Part shown: positions 8,832 through 18,758 of the stretch, in pieces
Numbering within the stretch: position 1 is the stretch's first letter
How the letters are laid out: every line of letters begins with the position of its first letter
DNA from: a virus
Direction: 5' to 3' (one strand)
DNA length: 64,000 nucleotides
Virus genome (UHGV): UHGV-0178594
Translations under genes and position numbers: made by a program
Notes under the pieces: model-generated
What the model was told of the DNA's origin: nothing
What the model saw: the letters and a program-made list of their open reading frames with translations, nothing else
Database searches by the model: none

Positions 8832-9758
8832 TTAACTAACAATCCAGTCGGTCGCTGCTACATCTTCTGGCTGTAAATCAATCGCACAGATCTTGCCGTC
8901 GCGAAAGGTGCGCCAGTTTTTCCGTGAGCCTCTTTCGGGCCATACCCAGACACTTTCAGGCCAGGATGCTCGACGGCATACGGTTGCATACCCTGTTTTA
9001 ATCTTCTCTCTGGCGGTATGCAACGACAGGTTTGCCTTTGGACTTTCAGGCACAGGATGGTGAATGGCCTGAAATAGCCCCATCCTGGGATGATACCAGC
9101 GTTTGTTGCGTGGTTCAGCCTCCGACATAACCTGCTTAAAGGCTTTCCGGAAGGGGGCCAGGGCCACAATGGAGCGTCTCGCAAGCAAACCATCGGGAGT
9201 TAAAAACTCATGCGTATCTGTGGGGATCCGGTAAGCGTTGACCAGGTTGCGGCATTTGGCTTCAGTCAGGCCGCATTTCGCCGCTAACTGGCGATAGCCA
9301 ATGTAGCCTTCCGGAATATTGCCTTTCTTTATTTGCTCGACGGTTTCAGCGACTTTGGTCACTTGTGCCGATACTTCGGCTACCTGGGCATTAACGGCGT
9401 TGATCCGGCGTTCATGCTCAAGATGCATTTGCGCCATTTCGGCCAGAATTTCGGCTTTTGATTTTAACGGTCCTCTGGCATTCTCCAGTTCGCGCCAGCG
9501 GTCCACCAGCCGGGCGGTGAATTCGGGAGAGAGCTGCGCGACGACGATAATGCTATCGCGCTTGCCTTGTTCGCCTTCGAAGACGTAATAGCTCGCCGGG
9601 CGGCCTGCAGTGGGCTTTTCCTCAATTTGAGGAAAAGTTATTACGCCCCGTTCCGCCAGGTGTTCAATGGTGCGTTTAACGTTGTCAGGACGCTTACCCA
9701 CCAGCTCCGCGATCTCAATACTGGTCATTGTCGCTTTTTGAGAGATGGACAGATTCAT
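8832..9758 (-). CDS. antirepressor-like protein (Rha/Bro-N-type N-terminus) fused to DUF2829-like C-terminal domain
   Basis: N-terminus MTSIEIAELVGKRPDNVKRTIEHL...; C-terminus ...WVWPE...DWIVS; homologous to 50236..50943 plus 50039..50251. Confidence 0.6.
   Translation of the reverse strand: MNLSISQKATMTSIEIAELVGKRPDNVKRTIEHLAERGVITFPQIEEKPTAGRPASYYVFEGEQGKRDSIIVVAQLSPEFTARLVDRWRELENARGPLKSKAEILAEMAQMHLEHERRINAVNAQVAEVSAQVTKVAETVEQIKKGNIPEGYIGYRQLAAKCGLTEAKCRNLVNAYRIPTDTHEFLTPDGLLARRSIVALAPFRKAFKQVMSEAEPRNKRWYHPRMGLFQAIHHPVPESPKANLSLHTAREKIKTGYATVCRRASWPESVWVWPERGSRKNWRTFRDGKICAIDLQPEDVAATDWIVS
9190..9600. repeat. ~0.4-kb direct repeat (left copy) inside antirepressor gene, ~90% identical to 50390-50760
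   Basis: Long identical runs, e.g. aaaactcatgcgtatctgtggggatccggtaagcgttgaccaggtt and ttcgcgccagcggtccaccagccgggcggtgaattcgggagagagctgcgc. Confidence 0.7.
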
Positions 9759-9973
9759 CAGTGCACCTCCACGCAGTTCATTGGCAGATTCCAGTAATTG
9801 AGGATCTCCATCGCATCAAGAGTGAAGCGAGCAGCAAAAATGCAGGGTTCTTCGGGAAGGTATGAGCGCGCTTCTGCTTCGGTTGCAGCCATGACGCAGA
9901 TATACAGGTGTTTTTGGCAGGAATAGAAACGCCAGATAAATTCAGAATGAGTTGGGGTAGGGATAGTAGCCAT
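9758..9973 (-). CDS. Icd-like small protein (immI-type module)
   Basis: 71 aa, ATGA-coupled to antirepressor gene; paralog of 50943..51167 (EFIWRF...AATE.EARS). Confidence 0.4.
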   Translation of the reverse strand: MATIPTPTHSEFIWRFYSCQKHLYICVMAATEAEARSYLPEEPCIFAARFTLDAMEILNYWNLPMNCVEVH

Positions 9974-10785
9974 ATTGGCAGCCTCCTTTGACTAAGTTAA
10001 GGAGCTACCGCGTGAGGTTCCAATCTCAATGGCGGTAGCACTGACTGGGTTGGAACTACCGGCGTCAAAGGGAACCGGCCTGCCTTTCGGCAGCCCAGCC
10101 AGCACTACCATTGATCTCTGAGCTAAACGCTAAGTATGGCTGTGCGATGGCATGACACAAAAAAAGACGCGTTCGGCGTCTGTGTCGCCTTTGACATTAT
10201 CCGGGGTTCCAATCCCGGCACCCGTTTTTCTAAGGTGCCGTAGAAATATACCCCACGATAATGCCAGGGCGCAACTGTGTGTTTTCTTATGCTTTTCTTT
10301 TCTTCTTTTGGGCTTGCTTGCAGGCGTAGGCCATTGCTTTAGCTTTCACTTCATCCAGCTTTCCGGTGATCACTTCTTTTCCGAGAGTGACAAACCAGTC
10401 ATAGCAACCGCCAGTGATGTTCTGGATTTGAAAGTTGAGGTAGCGAACGGTCATTTTGACACCCCCAGCGCGAGTAAAGAATGCAGATTATCGCGTGAGT
10501 GGCGGACAACGAGTGATGGGAAAAGACAGTAGCTGTTCATAGTGTAGTGACTCCTTGCTTTCGGAGCCGCCATCGACTGTTCCACGGTCTGGTGGCGGCG
10601 CAATAAAGGTTGGAACACCGTGAGTCAACGGGGGCTTTTCAGCCACCTATATTGCACCGCCATTGGTATGGCGGCGGCAATCATACGAAAAACCAAACGG
10701 TTTGTCTCAAAAAGTTGACCGGTGTACCAATCGGTTGTGAATGTACAACGGCGAATCTCACAATTCAACTTAAAATGTTAGAAAA

Positions 10786-11361
10786 TTAATTTATCAATTC
10801 AGTCACCATCTGATACAACGTCATTTCATCAGCATTGTGCCGCCTGAAATCTGCTTTGCCGCCTATTTTTCCATCAGCATGAACAGGAACCAACCAGGGG
10901 TATTGCTCGCGGATCTCTGCTGGCGCTGCGTGTTGATGGTGCCATTTACACAAAGGGAGGACGTATTTATGCGCGTTCTCTGCTGTTCTCCCGAAGATGT
11001 GGTGCAGGGATACCACAGGGCTATGCTGTCCGTGCATATGGCAGGCAATGCAGGGGAGAGCACCGATGGCAGTTTGTATCCGGCGCTCATCTGCTGTGAG
11101 TGTTCTGCCTTTCAGGCCGCGTGACGCGCGAGTTTTTTTGACAGGAGCAGAAGCGGCCTTCTCTTTTCTTCGCTGTTCATATTGCTTCGCTTTTTCAATT
11201 TTCTTTTGCCGATATTCAGGCGATGCGGCTTTTTCTCGCGCACGCTGCTGCTGGCGTTGAGCTTGCTGAAGACGCTTTGCCCTTTGTTCCTCCCGCCATT
11301 TCGGATCAGCCAGTTTTTGCAGGGCTTTTTGTGTCTGTTTCTCCCAATAGCTTTGCTTCAT
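10786..11361 (-). CDS. Ref-like HNH endonuclease (recombination enhancement function)
   Basis: Cys/His cluster LPCIACHMHGQH...LPLCKWHHQH; ORF track begins at TTG 11403, ATG at 11361 preferred; 34-bp palindrome immediately upstream. Confidence 0.55.
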   Translation of the reverse strand: MKQSYWEKQTQKALQKLADPKWREEQRAKRLQQAQRQQQRAREKAASPEYRQKKIEKAKQYEQRRKEKAASAPVKKTRASRGLKGRTLTADERRIQTAIGALPCIACHMHGQHSPVVSLHHIFGRTAENAHKYVLPLCKWHHQHAAPAEIREQYPWLVPVHADGKIGGKADFRRHNADEMTLYQMVTELIN

Positions 11362-11404
11362 AGAAATACCCGGTTTGTCTACATCGCCGCTATGGTTGAT
11401 CAAA

Positions 11405-11438
11405 TGTGTTAGAAAATCAAAATTGATTTTCTAACACA
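11405..11438. promoter_or_regulatory. 34-bp perfect palindrome, bipartite operator candidate (GTTAGAA-N14-TTCTAAC)
   Basis: TGTGTTAGAAAATCAA-AA-TTGATTTTCTAACACA in divergent promoter region between Ref-like gene and rightward early operon. Confidence 0.6.
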
Positions 11439-11633
11439 AAATGAAGATACTTTTTTTCAGACGCTATATCAGGAGGTCATGATGCTTGTCGCAATAAGTG
11501 CAATCCACCAGCAATCCGGTACAGAAATTGGGTTGCTATATGCCCTGTTTTTCACTGTCCTGGCGTTGTTTGAGCTGGGCATTGAACTCTTTGCTCTCAT
11601 CAACTTTTGCGTAACGTTCCTGGGGAAACTTTG

Positions 11634-12245
11634 ATGTCAAAACGCATTATGAAAATTTACATCGCGGGTCCGATGACTGGTTATCCCGACTACAACCGCA
11701 CAGCGTTTTTTTCGAAAGCAAAAGAGCTGATGGAGGTAGGGCATATTGTTCTGAATCCGGCGCTGTTACCTGCTGGCCTCTGCGAGAGCGAATACATGGA
11801 TATTTGCCTTGCAATGGTGCGTTCGGCTAATGCGGTCTATTTGCTCAAGGGGTGGGAGGAATCAGTTGGCGCTCGTGCAGAGCACGAGCTGGCTCAAAAG
11901 CTGGGGCTGAATGTAATTTATGAGTCACCAACCAACATTGAATGCCAGGTTGCTCCGCATATTTACCGGGAACTGGTCAATGCACTGCGTGATATCGCTG
12001 CTGTATATCACGGCACAGAACAGCTTCGTGAGCGTTTAGCCCATACCATTTCCTATTACCTGTCTGCATCTCATGAGCACAAGCTCCGTCAGAAGGTAAT
12101 GATCAAATTTATCATGAGGTTATCGAAATCCCTGGCAAACGCCGATCCAAAGAATCCATTACCGAAAGTGGCAATGAATTACCTGAAGTCCTGCAACATT
12201 GTTTCTGAAGATGGCGTTCTTTTGGTTAGAAGGAGTTCTGCGTGA
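11634..12245 (+). CDS. DUF4406 / nucleoside 2-deoxyribosyltransferase-like protein
   Basis: IYIAGPMTGYPDYN motif near N-terminus; first gene of long rightward operon. Confidence 0.55.
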   Translation: MSKRIMKIYIAGPMTGYPDYNRTAFFSKAKELMEVGHIVLNPALLPAGLCESEYMDICLAMVRSANAVYLLKGWEESVGARAEHELAQKLGLNVIYESPTNIECQVAPHIYRELVNALRDIAAVYHGTEQLRERLAHTISYYLSASHEHKLRQKVMIKFIMRLSKSLANADPKNPLPKVAMNYLKSCNIVSEDGVLLVRRSSA

Positions 12246-12592
12246 GCTGGCGGGGATGGGGAAGGGCAGAAATCATGATACTCCGCCAGTGCGCCGGGAC
12301 TATGACAGTCGAGGGTATTGGGAGACTGATCGGGCGTACCGGTGGTGCTGTCAGGACTAAAGCGCGGCAATTGCGGATCAGCATGATTCTGAAAGGTGAC
12401 TTTCACCAGTCAGCCAAATACCGGCAGAGCGATATAGAGCTGGCGCGGCAGCTTCATCAGTGTGGCGTTCCCCGCCGTGAGATCGCAGAAAAACTCGAAA
12501 TGCCCCTGGGCATGATTAATCAGTACGTTTATTTCGAAAGGAGAGTGCATGAAGTCAGAAGGTTTAACGCCCGCACAACTGGCAGAGCGTAA
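12242..12592 (+). CDS. hypothetical protein
   Basis: 116-aa ORF, ATGA-coupled to upstream gene; overlaps next ORF by 44 nt. Confidence 0.4.
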   Translation: MSWRGWGRAEIMILRQCAGTMTVEGIGRLIGRTGGAVRTKARQLRISMILKGDFHQSAKYRQSDIELARQLHQCGVPRREIAEKLEMPLGMINQYVYFERRVHEVRRFNARTTGRA

Positions 12593-13058
12593 CGCTGAGT
12601 ATGTAACGGAAATTTCCCGACTTGAGAAAGAGCGCGCGGCGCTGGCGGCAGAGAATGCGACACTGAAGGCGATATGTGAGGACCGCCGCACGTTCATCAT
12701 GAATGGCGTGCTGCTTGGTTTTATCCAGATGCCAACAGCGGAAATAGATCCAGCTCTTGAAACAATTCGTGTCGCCCTATCACCACAAAATCCTACCCCT
12801 GCGACCGACGCTTTCTTGGATGAAATGAAGACTGAAGCACGCAAGGAAGGGGCTTACTTTGTGGCGAACAGAATGTTGGCTGCCTGGAAAGCTGGTTTTA
12901 TTGATGATACTGCGAAGAACGCCGCGGATATTGCCCGGATGATTCTTACCTCTACTGATTTTATGGCTAATGCGCCGGAAGGAGATTTTGACCGCTCATT
13001 CTCTGATGGCGTTCTCGAAGATATCGCTGAACAGCTTCGTAAAGGAGTCATCCAGTGA
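12549..13058 (+). CDS. Ead/Ea22-like protein
   Basis: Shares ERAALAAENATLKA coiled-coil and C-terminal IAEQLRKG module with paralogs 14099, 18256. Confidence 0.55.
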   Translation: MKSEGLTPAQLAERNAEYVTEISRLEKERAALAAENATLKAICEDRRTFIMNGVLLGFIQMPTAEIDPALETIRVALSPQNPTPATDAFLDEMKTEARKEGAYFVANRMLAAWKAGFIDDTAKNAADIARMILTSTDFMANAPEGDFDRSFSDGVLEDIAEQLRKGVIQ

Positions 13059-13777
13059 GCGAAATTAATTACCAGGCACTGCGTGAGGCGGCGGAACGTG
13101 CAATTCCAGCAATGGAACGCCTGTTAATGTTGCCAGCTGATGATGATTTGTTAAGTGAACAGGAACTTAAAGATTACGGTGTGGATATTGATGCGCTCAA
13201 CGCCTTCAAATTTCTGGCCGGACCAGAAACCGTGCTGGCACTACTGGATGAACGGGAAAGAAACCAGCAATACATCAAATCTCGCGACCAGGAGAACGAG
13301 GATATTGCGCTAACGGTAGGGAAGCTGTTAATCGAAAACGGTCAGCTTGTTGCCGATACGCTACGCCACTTAGCTGATAACGAAATCGACTCTGATTATT
13401 TTGCTATCACCTCAACTAATGAGAACGGTACTGAAATTGATCATGAGATGTCTATTACCGATTACGCACTGCAAGCTGCCGGAACTGTAGACGAATTGGT
13501 TGCGGCGCTGGAAGCCGCAAAATCAAAACTCAACGAGCAGCGTGAATATTACGAGGGAGTAATCGCGGATGGAAGTAAGCGCATAGCAGAGTTAGAAAGT
13601 GGTTCTCAGGCACAAAAGTTAGTTGAAGCAATCATTGTTGCGATAGAAAACGAACAGGAACGTCTTTTTGATGAAGATTACCTAATGGATTCGAAAGAAT
13701 GCATTGACGTAATTCGTGAAGAAGTAAAGCGATGGAATGATTCCCGCGCCGCTGGCATTCGCATCAAAGGAGAGTGA
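13055..13777 (+). CDS. Ead/Ea22-like protein
   Basis: GTG start in conserved junction; N-terminus [14 protein letters not shown] shared with 19190 ORF. Confidence 0.55.
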   Translation: MSEINYQALREAAERAIPAMERLLMLPADDDLLSEQELKDYGVDIDALNAFKFLAGPETVLALLDERERNQQYIKSRDQENEDIALTVGKLLIENGQLVADTLRHLADNEIDSDYFAITSTNENGTEIDHEMSITDYALQAAGTVDELVAALEAAKSKLNEQREYYEGVIADGSKRIAELESGSQAQKLVEAIIVAIENEQERLFDEDYLMDSKECIDVIREEVKRWNDSRAAGIRIKGE

Positions 13778-13778
13778 G

Positions 13779-14102
13779 ATGACCACATCGCATTCTGCAA
13801 TCACCCAGGAAAAAGTATTTCGCTTGCTCGAACGTCTGGAGGCGCTCGCCACGGAGGAGGATATATCCCCGGAGATGCTGGTCGAGTGCAGCCGTGTGAT
13901 ATTGCGTCGCAAGAACGACATCGCGCGGCTGACATCTGGCGCACAATCCGTATCAGCCAGTCCAACGCTTTATTGCAGCTTCTGCAACAAATCCCAGCAC
14001 ACCGTTAAAAAGTTAATTGCCGGGGACAACGTTTTCATCTGCAACGAGTGCGTGAAAGATTGCAACAACATTATCCAGGAAGAGCAAAGGGAATCAGCAT
14101 GA
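13779..14102 (+). CDS. ClpX N-terminal zinc-binding-domain-like protein
   Basis: C-terminus [36 protein letters not shown] closely resembles ClpX ZBD ([20 protein letters not shown]...ICDECV). Confidence 0.6.
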   Translation: MTTSHSAITQEKVFRLLERLEALATEEDISPEMLVECSRVILRRKNDIARLTSGAQSVSASPTLYCSFCNKSQHTVKKLIAGDNVFICNECVKDCNNIIQEEQRESA

Positions 14103-14809
14103 AATTTTCCAAATTCTCGGAGTTGGTGAATCGTATTTTGTCCAACAACCACAGCCATCGTCGCGATATGGATGTAACGATCGTTGTTCATTCGCCTGGT
14201 CGCATCGGTTCAACACCATCAGTTGAGGTTCAGTCAATTCAGGTGGGTTTTGATTGGGATGCCGGGAAAGTGCTGATTTTCCCAGCACAGCCACTGACCA
14301 CGCTAACACCAGAACAGATTACTGATATTACGGATAGTGTGCGCAAAGGTCAGTCTTGGCACGCATATCAGGAATACAAGAAGCATAAAGAGCAGTTGGA
14401 AAAATTGTCGATTGAACTGGATGCTGCAAGACGGCGCATTACAGAACTGGAGAGCGAACGCGCGGTGCTGGCGGCGGAGAATGCGGAGCTGAAGTCTGTG
14501 CACCCTCAACCATTCGGAGCTGAGATGATGAAGGCTCTTGATGCGTATGAGAAGCATCAGGATGAAGTGCCAGAGACTGGAATGCTCAATGCATTTTTCA
14601 TCTTGCGCGACAGTATCCGTGTTGACACCCCAGCCACCGATGCTTTCCTGGCTGAAGTACGTGCGCAGGGCGTGGATATGGCTCGTAACGCGATGATTGA
14701 TTTTGTCGATGGTGAAGTTGGGCCAAACAAGAACGTTCCGGGGCTGATTAGAGGCGCAGAGATATGCGTAAGTATTGCTGAACAGCTTCGCAAAGGAGGC
14801 AGCCAGTGA
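14099..14809 (+). CDS. Ead/Ea22-like protein
   Basis: ATGA overlap with upstream stop; [13 protein letters not shown] and [11 protein letters not shown] modules. Confidence 0.55.
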   Translation: MKFSKFSELVNRILSNNHSHRRDMDVTIVVHSPGRIGSTPSVEVQSIQVGFDWDAGKVLIFPAQPLTTLTPEQITDITDSVRKGQSWHAYQEYKKHKEQLEKLSIELDAARRRITELESERAVLAAENAELKSVHPQPFGAEMMKALDAYEKHQDEVPETGMLNAFFILRDSIRVDTPATDAFLAEVRAQGVDMARNAMIDFVDGEVGPNKNVPGLIRGAEICVSIAEQLRKGGSQ

Positions 14810-15081
14810 ATATCGACACGACAATAACGATCGATACGCTCCTAAATACCGGTCTGGCACTTCTCGGTTGGCTTTACATCATGTCCCGTACATGGCGATG
14901 GCTGGGTTCCATTTTCCTAAAACAGTGGAAAAAACGGCGCAAACAGGAACTACGTCAGAAGGCATTAGAAGCGTTCTATGACGCATTTGAGCTTAGCCGC
15001 ATTGAACCAGGTACAACAGCCAGGATAGCGACAAAAGGCGACCTGATGATAGTGATGTTCAGACAGGAGAAAACAAAATGA
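14806..15081 (+). CDS. small membrane protein
   Basis: 91 aa with hydrophobic segment LLNTGLALLGWLYIM. Confidence 0.45.
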   Translation: MNIDTTITIDTLLNTGLALLGWLYIMSRTWRWLGSIFLKQWKKRRKQELRQKALEAFYDAFELSRIEPGTTARIATKGDLMIVMFRQEKTK

Positions 15082-15302
15082 CAGAACAGACGATGACAAA
15101 TCGCGAACTTGTTGATGCCGCGATTGAACTTGCTGGCGATTTTTATTCCATGTTGGGTTACGAGCATCGACCTGGTTTTAAGTATTGGGAGTCACCGCAT
15201 CCGCAAGAACAACAGGTGTTTGAAATGGCCTGCCGTGCTTTTGAGGTTATTCGCGGTTCTGATGTGATGGAGGCCGTTGCCGACTTGGAGGATGAAGAGT
15301 GA
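15078..15302 (+). CDS. hypothetical protein
   Basis: 74-aa ORF, overlapping stop/start with neighbours. Confidence 0.45.
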   Translation: MTEQTMTNRELVDAAIELAGDFYSMLGYEHRPGFKYWESPHPQEQQVFEMACRAFEVIRGSDVMEAVADLEDEE

Positions 15303-15610
15303 GCATCATTAAAGAAATGCCGGTAGAACGTGATGAATATGGCTGCTGGACACATCCGGAGTATGAAAAGTTTTGCGCAGGTCGTGAATATATATCCACT
15401 GAGGAATTTGACGCCTGGATGAAGGAAAATAATCTTCAGTGGACTATTCGCAGTATGGATGAAGATCATTTTAATCTGGACGCAGATGGTCCCGATATTG
15501 CCGCCTGGGAACCAGAGCGACCAGAGGGCGAAGGATGGTTTGTTGGCTCTATTCATGACACTGAAGATGGCCCGGTTTGTATCTGGCTGCGGGAGAAGGT
15601 TGCCGCATGA
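15299..15610 (+). CDS. hypothetical protein
   Basis: 103-aa ORF in coupled operon. Confidence 0.45.
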   Translation: MSIIKEMPVERDEYGCWTHPEYEKFCAGREYISTEEFDAWMKENNLQWTIRSMDEDHFNLDADGPDIAAWEPERPEGEGWFVGSIHDTEDGPVCIWLREKVAA

Positions 15611-16293
15611 CCCAGGCGCTGCATGAAGTGAATTTATATAGCCGTATTGATGGTTCAGGCTACAGAAACATATGGGTTGTTGGTGATCTGCATGGTTGCT
15701 ACACCAGATTGATGTCTGAACTTCATCGTGTGGACTTTGACCCGACACAGGATTTACTGATATCGGTTGGCGACCTTATCGATCGCGGCACCGAAAATGT
15801 TGAATGCCTGGAGCTATTGCAGATGCCCTGGTTTCGGTCGGTTATGGGAAACCACGAGCGATTAATGATCGATGCGTTAAGCCCCGCAGGCAACGTGAAT
15901 AACTGGCTAATGAATGGCGGCCAATGGTTCTTCATGCTGGACGCTGATCGGGAAATATTAGCCAGGGCGCTGGTGGAGCTGGTAAAGCGTCTGCCCTATA
16001 TCATTGAGTTGAACACCGGGCATGAAACTATCGTTATAGCCCATGCCGACTATCCTGATAACGAATACCAGTTTGGTAAACCTGTTAGCGATCTCAATGT
16101 TACCTGGCGGCGTGAGCGATTTTATGACGCGGTTGATGGTGTTGGTGGAATGATCACTGGTGCAGATAGCTTTATTTTCGGGCATACGCCAGTAAACAGC
16201 CCGAAATCTTTCTGGAACCAGCACTACATAGACACTGGCGCGGTTTTTTGCGGAAATCTGACGCTAAAGCAGGTGAAGGGAGGCCAGCCGTAA
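15607..16293 (+). CDS. Ser/Thr protein phosphatase (lambda PPase / NinI-like metallophosphatase)
   Basis: Motifs GDLHG, GDLIDRG, GNHE characteristic of PPP-family phosphatases; ATGA-coupled start. Confidence 0.8.
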   Translation: MTQALHEVNLYSRIDGSGYRNIWVVGDLHGCYTRLMSELHRVDFDPTQDLLISVGDLIDRGTENVECLELLQMPWFRSVMGNHERLMIDALSPAGNVNNWLMNGGQWFFMLDADREILARALVELVKRLPYIIELNTGHETIVIAHADYPDNEYQFGKPVSDLNVTWRRERFYDAVDGVGGMITGADSFIFGHTPVNSPKSFWNQHYIDTGAVFCGNLTLKQVKGGQP

Positions 16294-16324
16294 TCCTGAA
16301 CACATCGTTTATGCACTCAAAACC

Positions 16325-16356
16325 GTGTTAGAATATTGATTTTAATTTTCTAACAT
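16325..16356. promoter_or_regulatory. palindromic operator candidate (GTTAGAA-N14-TTCTAAC)
   Basis: GTGTTAGAATATTGATTTTAATTTTCTAACAT between phosphatase gene and 16398 ORF. Confidence 0.5.
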
Positions 16357-16397
16357 ATTATTTTACCGCTCGGAACAAAACAGAGTCGGTATACATT

Positions 16398-17393
16398 ATG
16401 AGTGCAATAATCACACCTCATTTCGTAAACGGAGCTGGTGTGGCTGTCTTTCCGGTAGACAAGCCCACCAGCAACTACATTGGCGCAGGTCGCCGTTTCA
16501 TTATCTCTCCACTTCCGCGCGAACAGGCTGAAAACACGCCAGATGGCGTAGTGGATCTGAACTATTCGCTGGTTGCCAACCAGTCTCTGAAAGCATTTTT
16601 TCAAAGCGAGCGCGTATTTAACGCATTAGGCGGTGAAGATTCGCTTGTTCATTGGGTAAGTTCCAATATCCACGATTGCCAGGCGCACGATAAGCGCGAT
16701 TGCAGCCACCAGCTAACCACTCATTTCTATAACGGCTCTGCCGTTCGCCTGTGCTGGAAGCATGATGCGGAATACATGATGAAGGGGTACGGCAAGCTGG
16801 ATGACCAGTTATCCCTAAATCGTGCCAACTGGGTTATGAACTGGGCTGCGAGCGAGTTAAAACTACCGCCAGAACGCGATCTGAGCATGGTTGAACTCAC
16901 TTTTTGGGCCATTCGCCGGAATCTGAAAGACGAGCTGCCAGATGAAGCCGGTCGCATTGCATTTTGTCAGCCAAAACAGGAAATCCCTACCGGCACACTG
17001 AAAGAATCGGATATCACCTGGGAGCACAGCACCCGTGAGCTGGTGGACATAACCGCAGAGCAGATCGTCAACCTGTCTGTAGATGAGGATTCCGGCCTGC
17101 TGTATATGCGCCGACCAAAAGCGGTTCTCGGTAAAAGCCCGGCTTATCTCCGGTTTGTGATTTCTCGTCCGTGCATCGGATGCGGAGGCAAAGTTAATCA
17201 CCCGTTCATGTACCGCGCCCGCTCGTTAAACGAACACGATCGCTGGGCCGTTCCTCTTTGCGATGAATGCGCCAGAAGCGCAGAAAACGATGTCCGGGCA
17301 TGGGAAAAAGCACATGGCATACGCCTTTACGTAGCCGCCAACCAGCTTTTCGACTTCGCCATCGAGCGCGGAGTGATCACGTTCAATAACTGA
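16398..17393 (+). CDS. hypothetical phage protein with C-terminal Cys cluster
   Basis: 331 aa; CIGCGG...PLCDEC zinc-ribbon-like motif; palindromic site 16325-16356 upstream. Confidence 0.5.
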   Translation: MSAIITPHFVNGAGVAVFPVDKPTSNYIGAGRRFIISPLPREQAENTPDGVVDLNYSLVANQSLKAFFQSERVFNALGGEDSLVHWVSSNIHDCQAHDKRDCSHQLTTHFYNGSAVRLCWKHDAEYMMKGYGKLDDQLSLNRANWVMNWAASELKLPPERDLSMVELTFWAIRRNLKDELPDEAGRIAFCQPKQEIPTGTLKESDITWEHSTRELVDITAEQIVNLSVDEDSGLLYMRRPKAVLGKSPAYLRFVISRPCIGCGGKVNHPFMYRARSLNEHDRWAVPLCDECARSAENDVRAWEKAHGIRLYVAANQLFDFAIERGVITFNN

Positions 17394-17397
17394 TGGA

Positions 17398-17976
17398 GTG
17401 GATCAAAAAATGAAAGAACGCGGGATGATTTTTAACGATGAGATGGTCCGGGCAATTCTTGGCGGGAATAAAACACAGACTCGCAGGATTGTTGAAGAAA
17501 AATTCTATGGACGAGCAGTTGCCGCAGAGTTGCTTGCCAAGCATTGTCCATATGGTCAACCGGGCGATCGTATTTGGGTTCGCGAAACCTACCGGGTACA
17601 TGGCAAAGCGACGGACGTCGCAACGCTGGTTTATCGCGCAAGCGTGCGTAACTCCTGGACAGAACAAACGCACCGGGTTCCGGTCGATGTTTGTAATAAA
17701 CCAGTATCAGAAAAGTGGACGCCATCAATTCACATGCCGCGCTGGGCATCGCGCATTCTTCTGGAAATTACCGACGTGCGTGTGGAACGGCTGCATGACA
17801 TGAGCGAGGCAGATGCTAAAGCAGAAGGCGCAACTCCGGCGACGTACAAGATTACGCCACCTGAAGCTGTTTATCGCGTTGGTTTTGGTGATATCTGGCG
17901 CAGTATTTACGGGCAGGATAACTGGCTATCTAACCCGTGGGTATGGGTAATCGAGTTTAAGCGCATTCAGGAATAA
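17398..17976 (+). CDS. hypothetical phage protein
   Basis: 192-aa ORF; start uncertain (ATG at 17398, 17410 or 17425). Confidence 0.45.
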   Translation: MDQKMKERGMIFNDEMVRAILGGNKTQTRRIVEEKFYGRAVAAELLAKHCPYGQPGDRIWVRETYRVHGKATDVATLVYRASVRNSWTEQTHRVPVDVCNKPVSEKWTPSIHMPRWASRILLEITDVRVERLHDMSEADAKAEGATPATYKITPPEAVYRVGFGDIWRSIYGQDNWLSNPWVWVIEFKRIQE

Positions 17977-18059
17977 ACCGTGAGTATGCATCAAATCGTC
18001 AGTTTTTCAGGTGGACGAGCATCGGCCTGTCTCGTTCATCTGTTCGAAGAGGTAGTGGA

Positions 18060-18263
18060 ATGACAATCGTAAAAACCCATACCGGTACCGTGATCACCAA
18101 AGATGGCCCGCAGGTAAAAAAACTGCACCAAACAGAGCGGATGTGGGTCGTTGGCAAAAACGAGTTTTACCACAAAGAAACTGGACGCCGCCATTTTGCA
18201 GAAAATACGCGCCGCCGACTGCTGTTAGACACCATCAAGCCTATCGAGGTGAAGCATGTTTAA
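18060..18263 (+). CDS. hypothetical small protein
   Basis: 67-aa ORF. Confidence 0.4.
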   Translation: MTIVKTHTGTVITKDGPQVKKLHQTERMWVVGKNEFYHKETGRRHFAENTRRRLLLDTIKPIEVKHV

Positions 18264-18495
18264 ACAGAACGAAAAAGCTATCGCTCAAATTGCTGATTAT
18301 ATCCCGCGTGCGTGCCGAGGTATGCAGTTGCAGGAAGCCAAAGCGCGCCTGGAGAAAAAAATTGCGCTCTATATTGATGACGGCTGTGATGCCGCCGTTC
18401 TTAACGCGGCGTTCGCACCAGCTCTTAACCGTCATACTCGGGAGTCTTTTTTTTCGTGCATCGCAGCGCAACTCCGCAAAGGAGGCAACCAGTGA
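18256..18495 (+). CDS. Ea22-like C-terminal module protein
   Basis: Ends ...CIAAQLRKGGNQ, same C-terminal module as other Ea22-like ORFs. Confidence 0.4.
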   Translation: MFKQNEKAIAQIADYIPRACRGMQLQEAKARLEKKIALYIDDGCDAAVLNAAFAPALNRHTRESFFSCIAAQLRKGGNQ

Positions 18496-18758
18496 GTGAG
18501 TCAAAATGCCAAATTAATGGCAACAAGATAGAACCGTGCGCGGCGTTGACGCAATCCCTGGAACATGACGCTGAATACACGACGCGAAAAGGTCTGCTGA
18601 AATACAAAATCTATAACCATGCATTAATTCATTCACAAGACCTGATCATGCTGCGGTCAGGCGAGTTTTCTAAATCGCCGATTCGAATTTCATTTTGCCC
18701 GTTCTGTGGTGAAAGTCTGAAAACGTGGGAAGCGGAGGCAACCAGTGATCAAAATTAA
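18492..18758 (+). CDS. hypothetical protein with zinc-ribbon-like motif
   Basis: GTG start in conserved junction; ...ISFCPFCGESLKTWEA. Confidence 0.4.
   Translation: MSESKCQINGNKIEPCAALTQSLEHDAEYTTRKGLLKYKIYNHALIHSQDLIMLRSGEFSKSPIRISFCPFCGESLKTWEAEATSDQN

Noticed and set aside
10152-10532. 126-aa plus-strand ORF in the leader region upstream of the icd-like gene
   Set aside because: Low-complexity, hydrophobic-junk translation without an RBS, in a region whose structure suggests regulatory RNA; a small minus-strand ORF there is more plausible.
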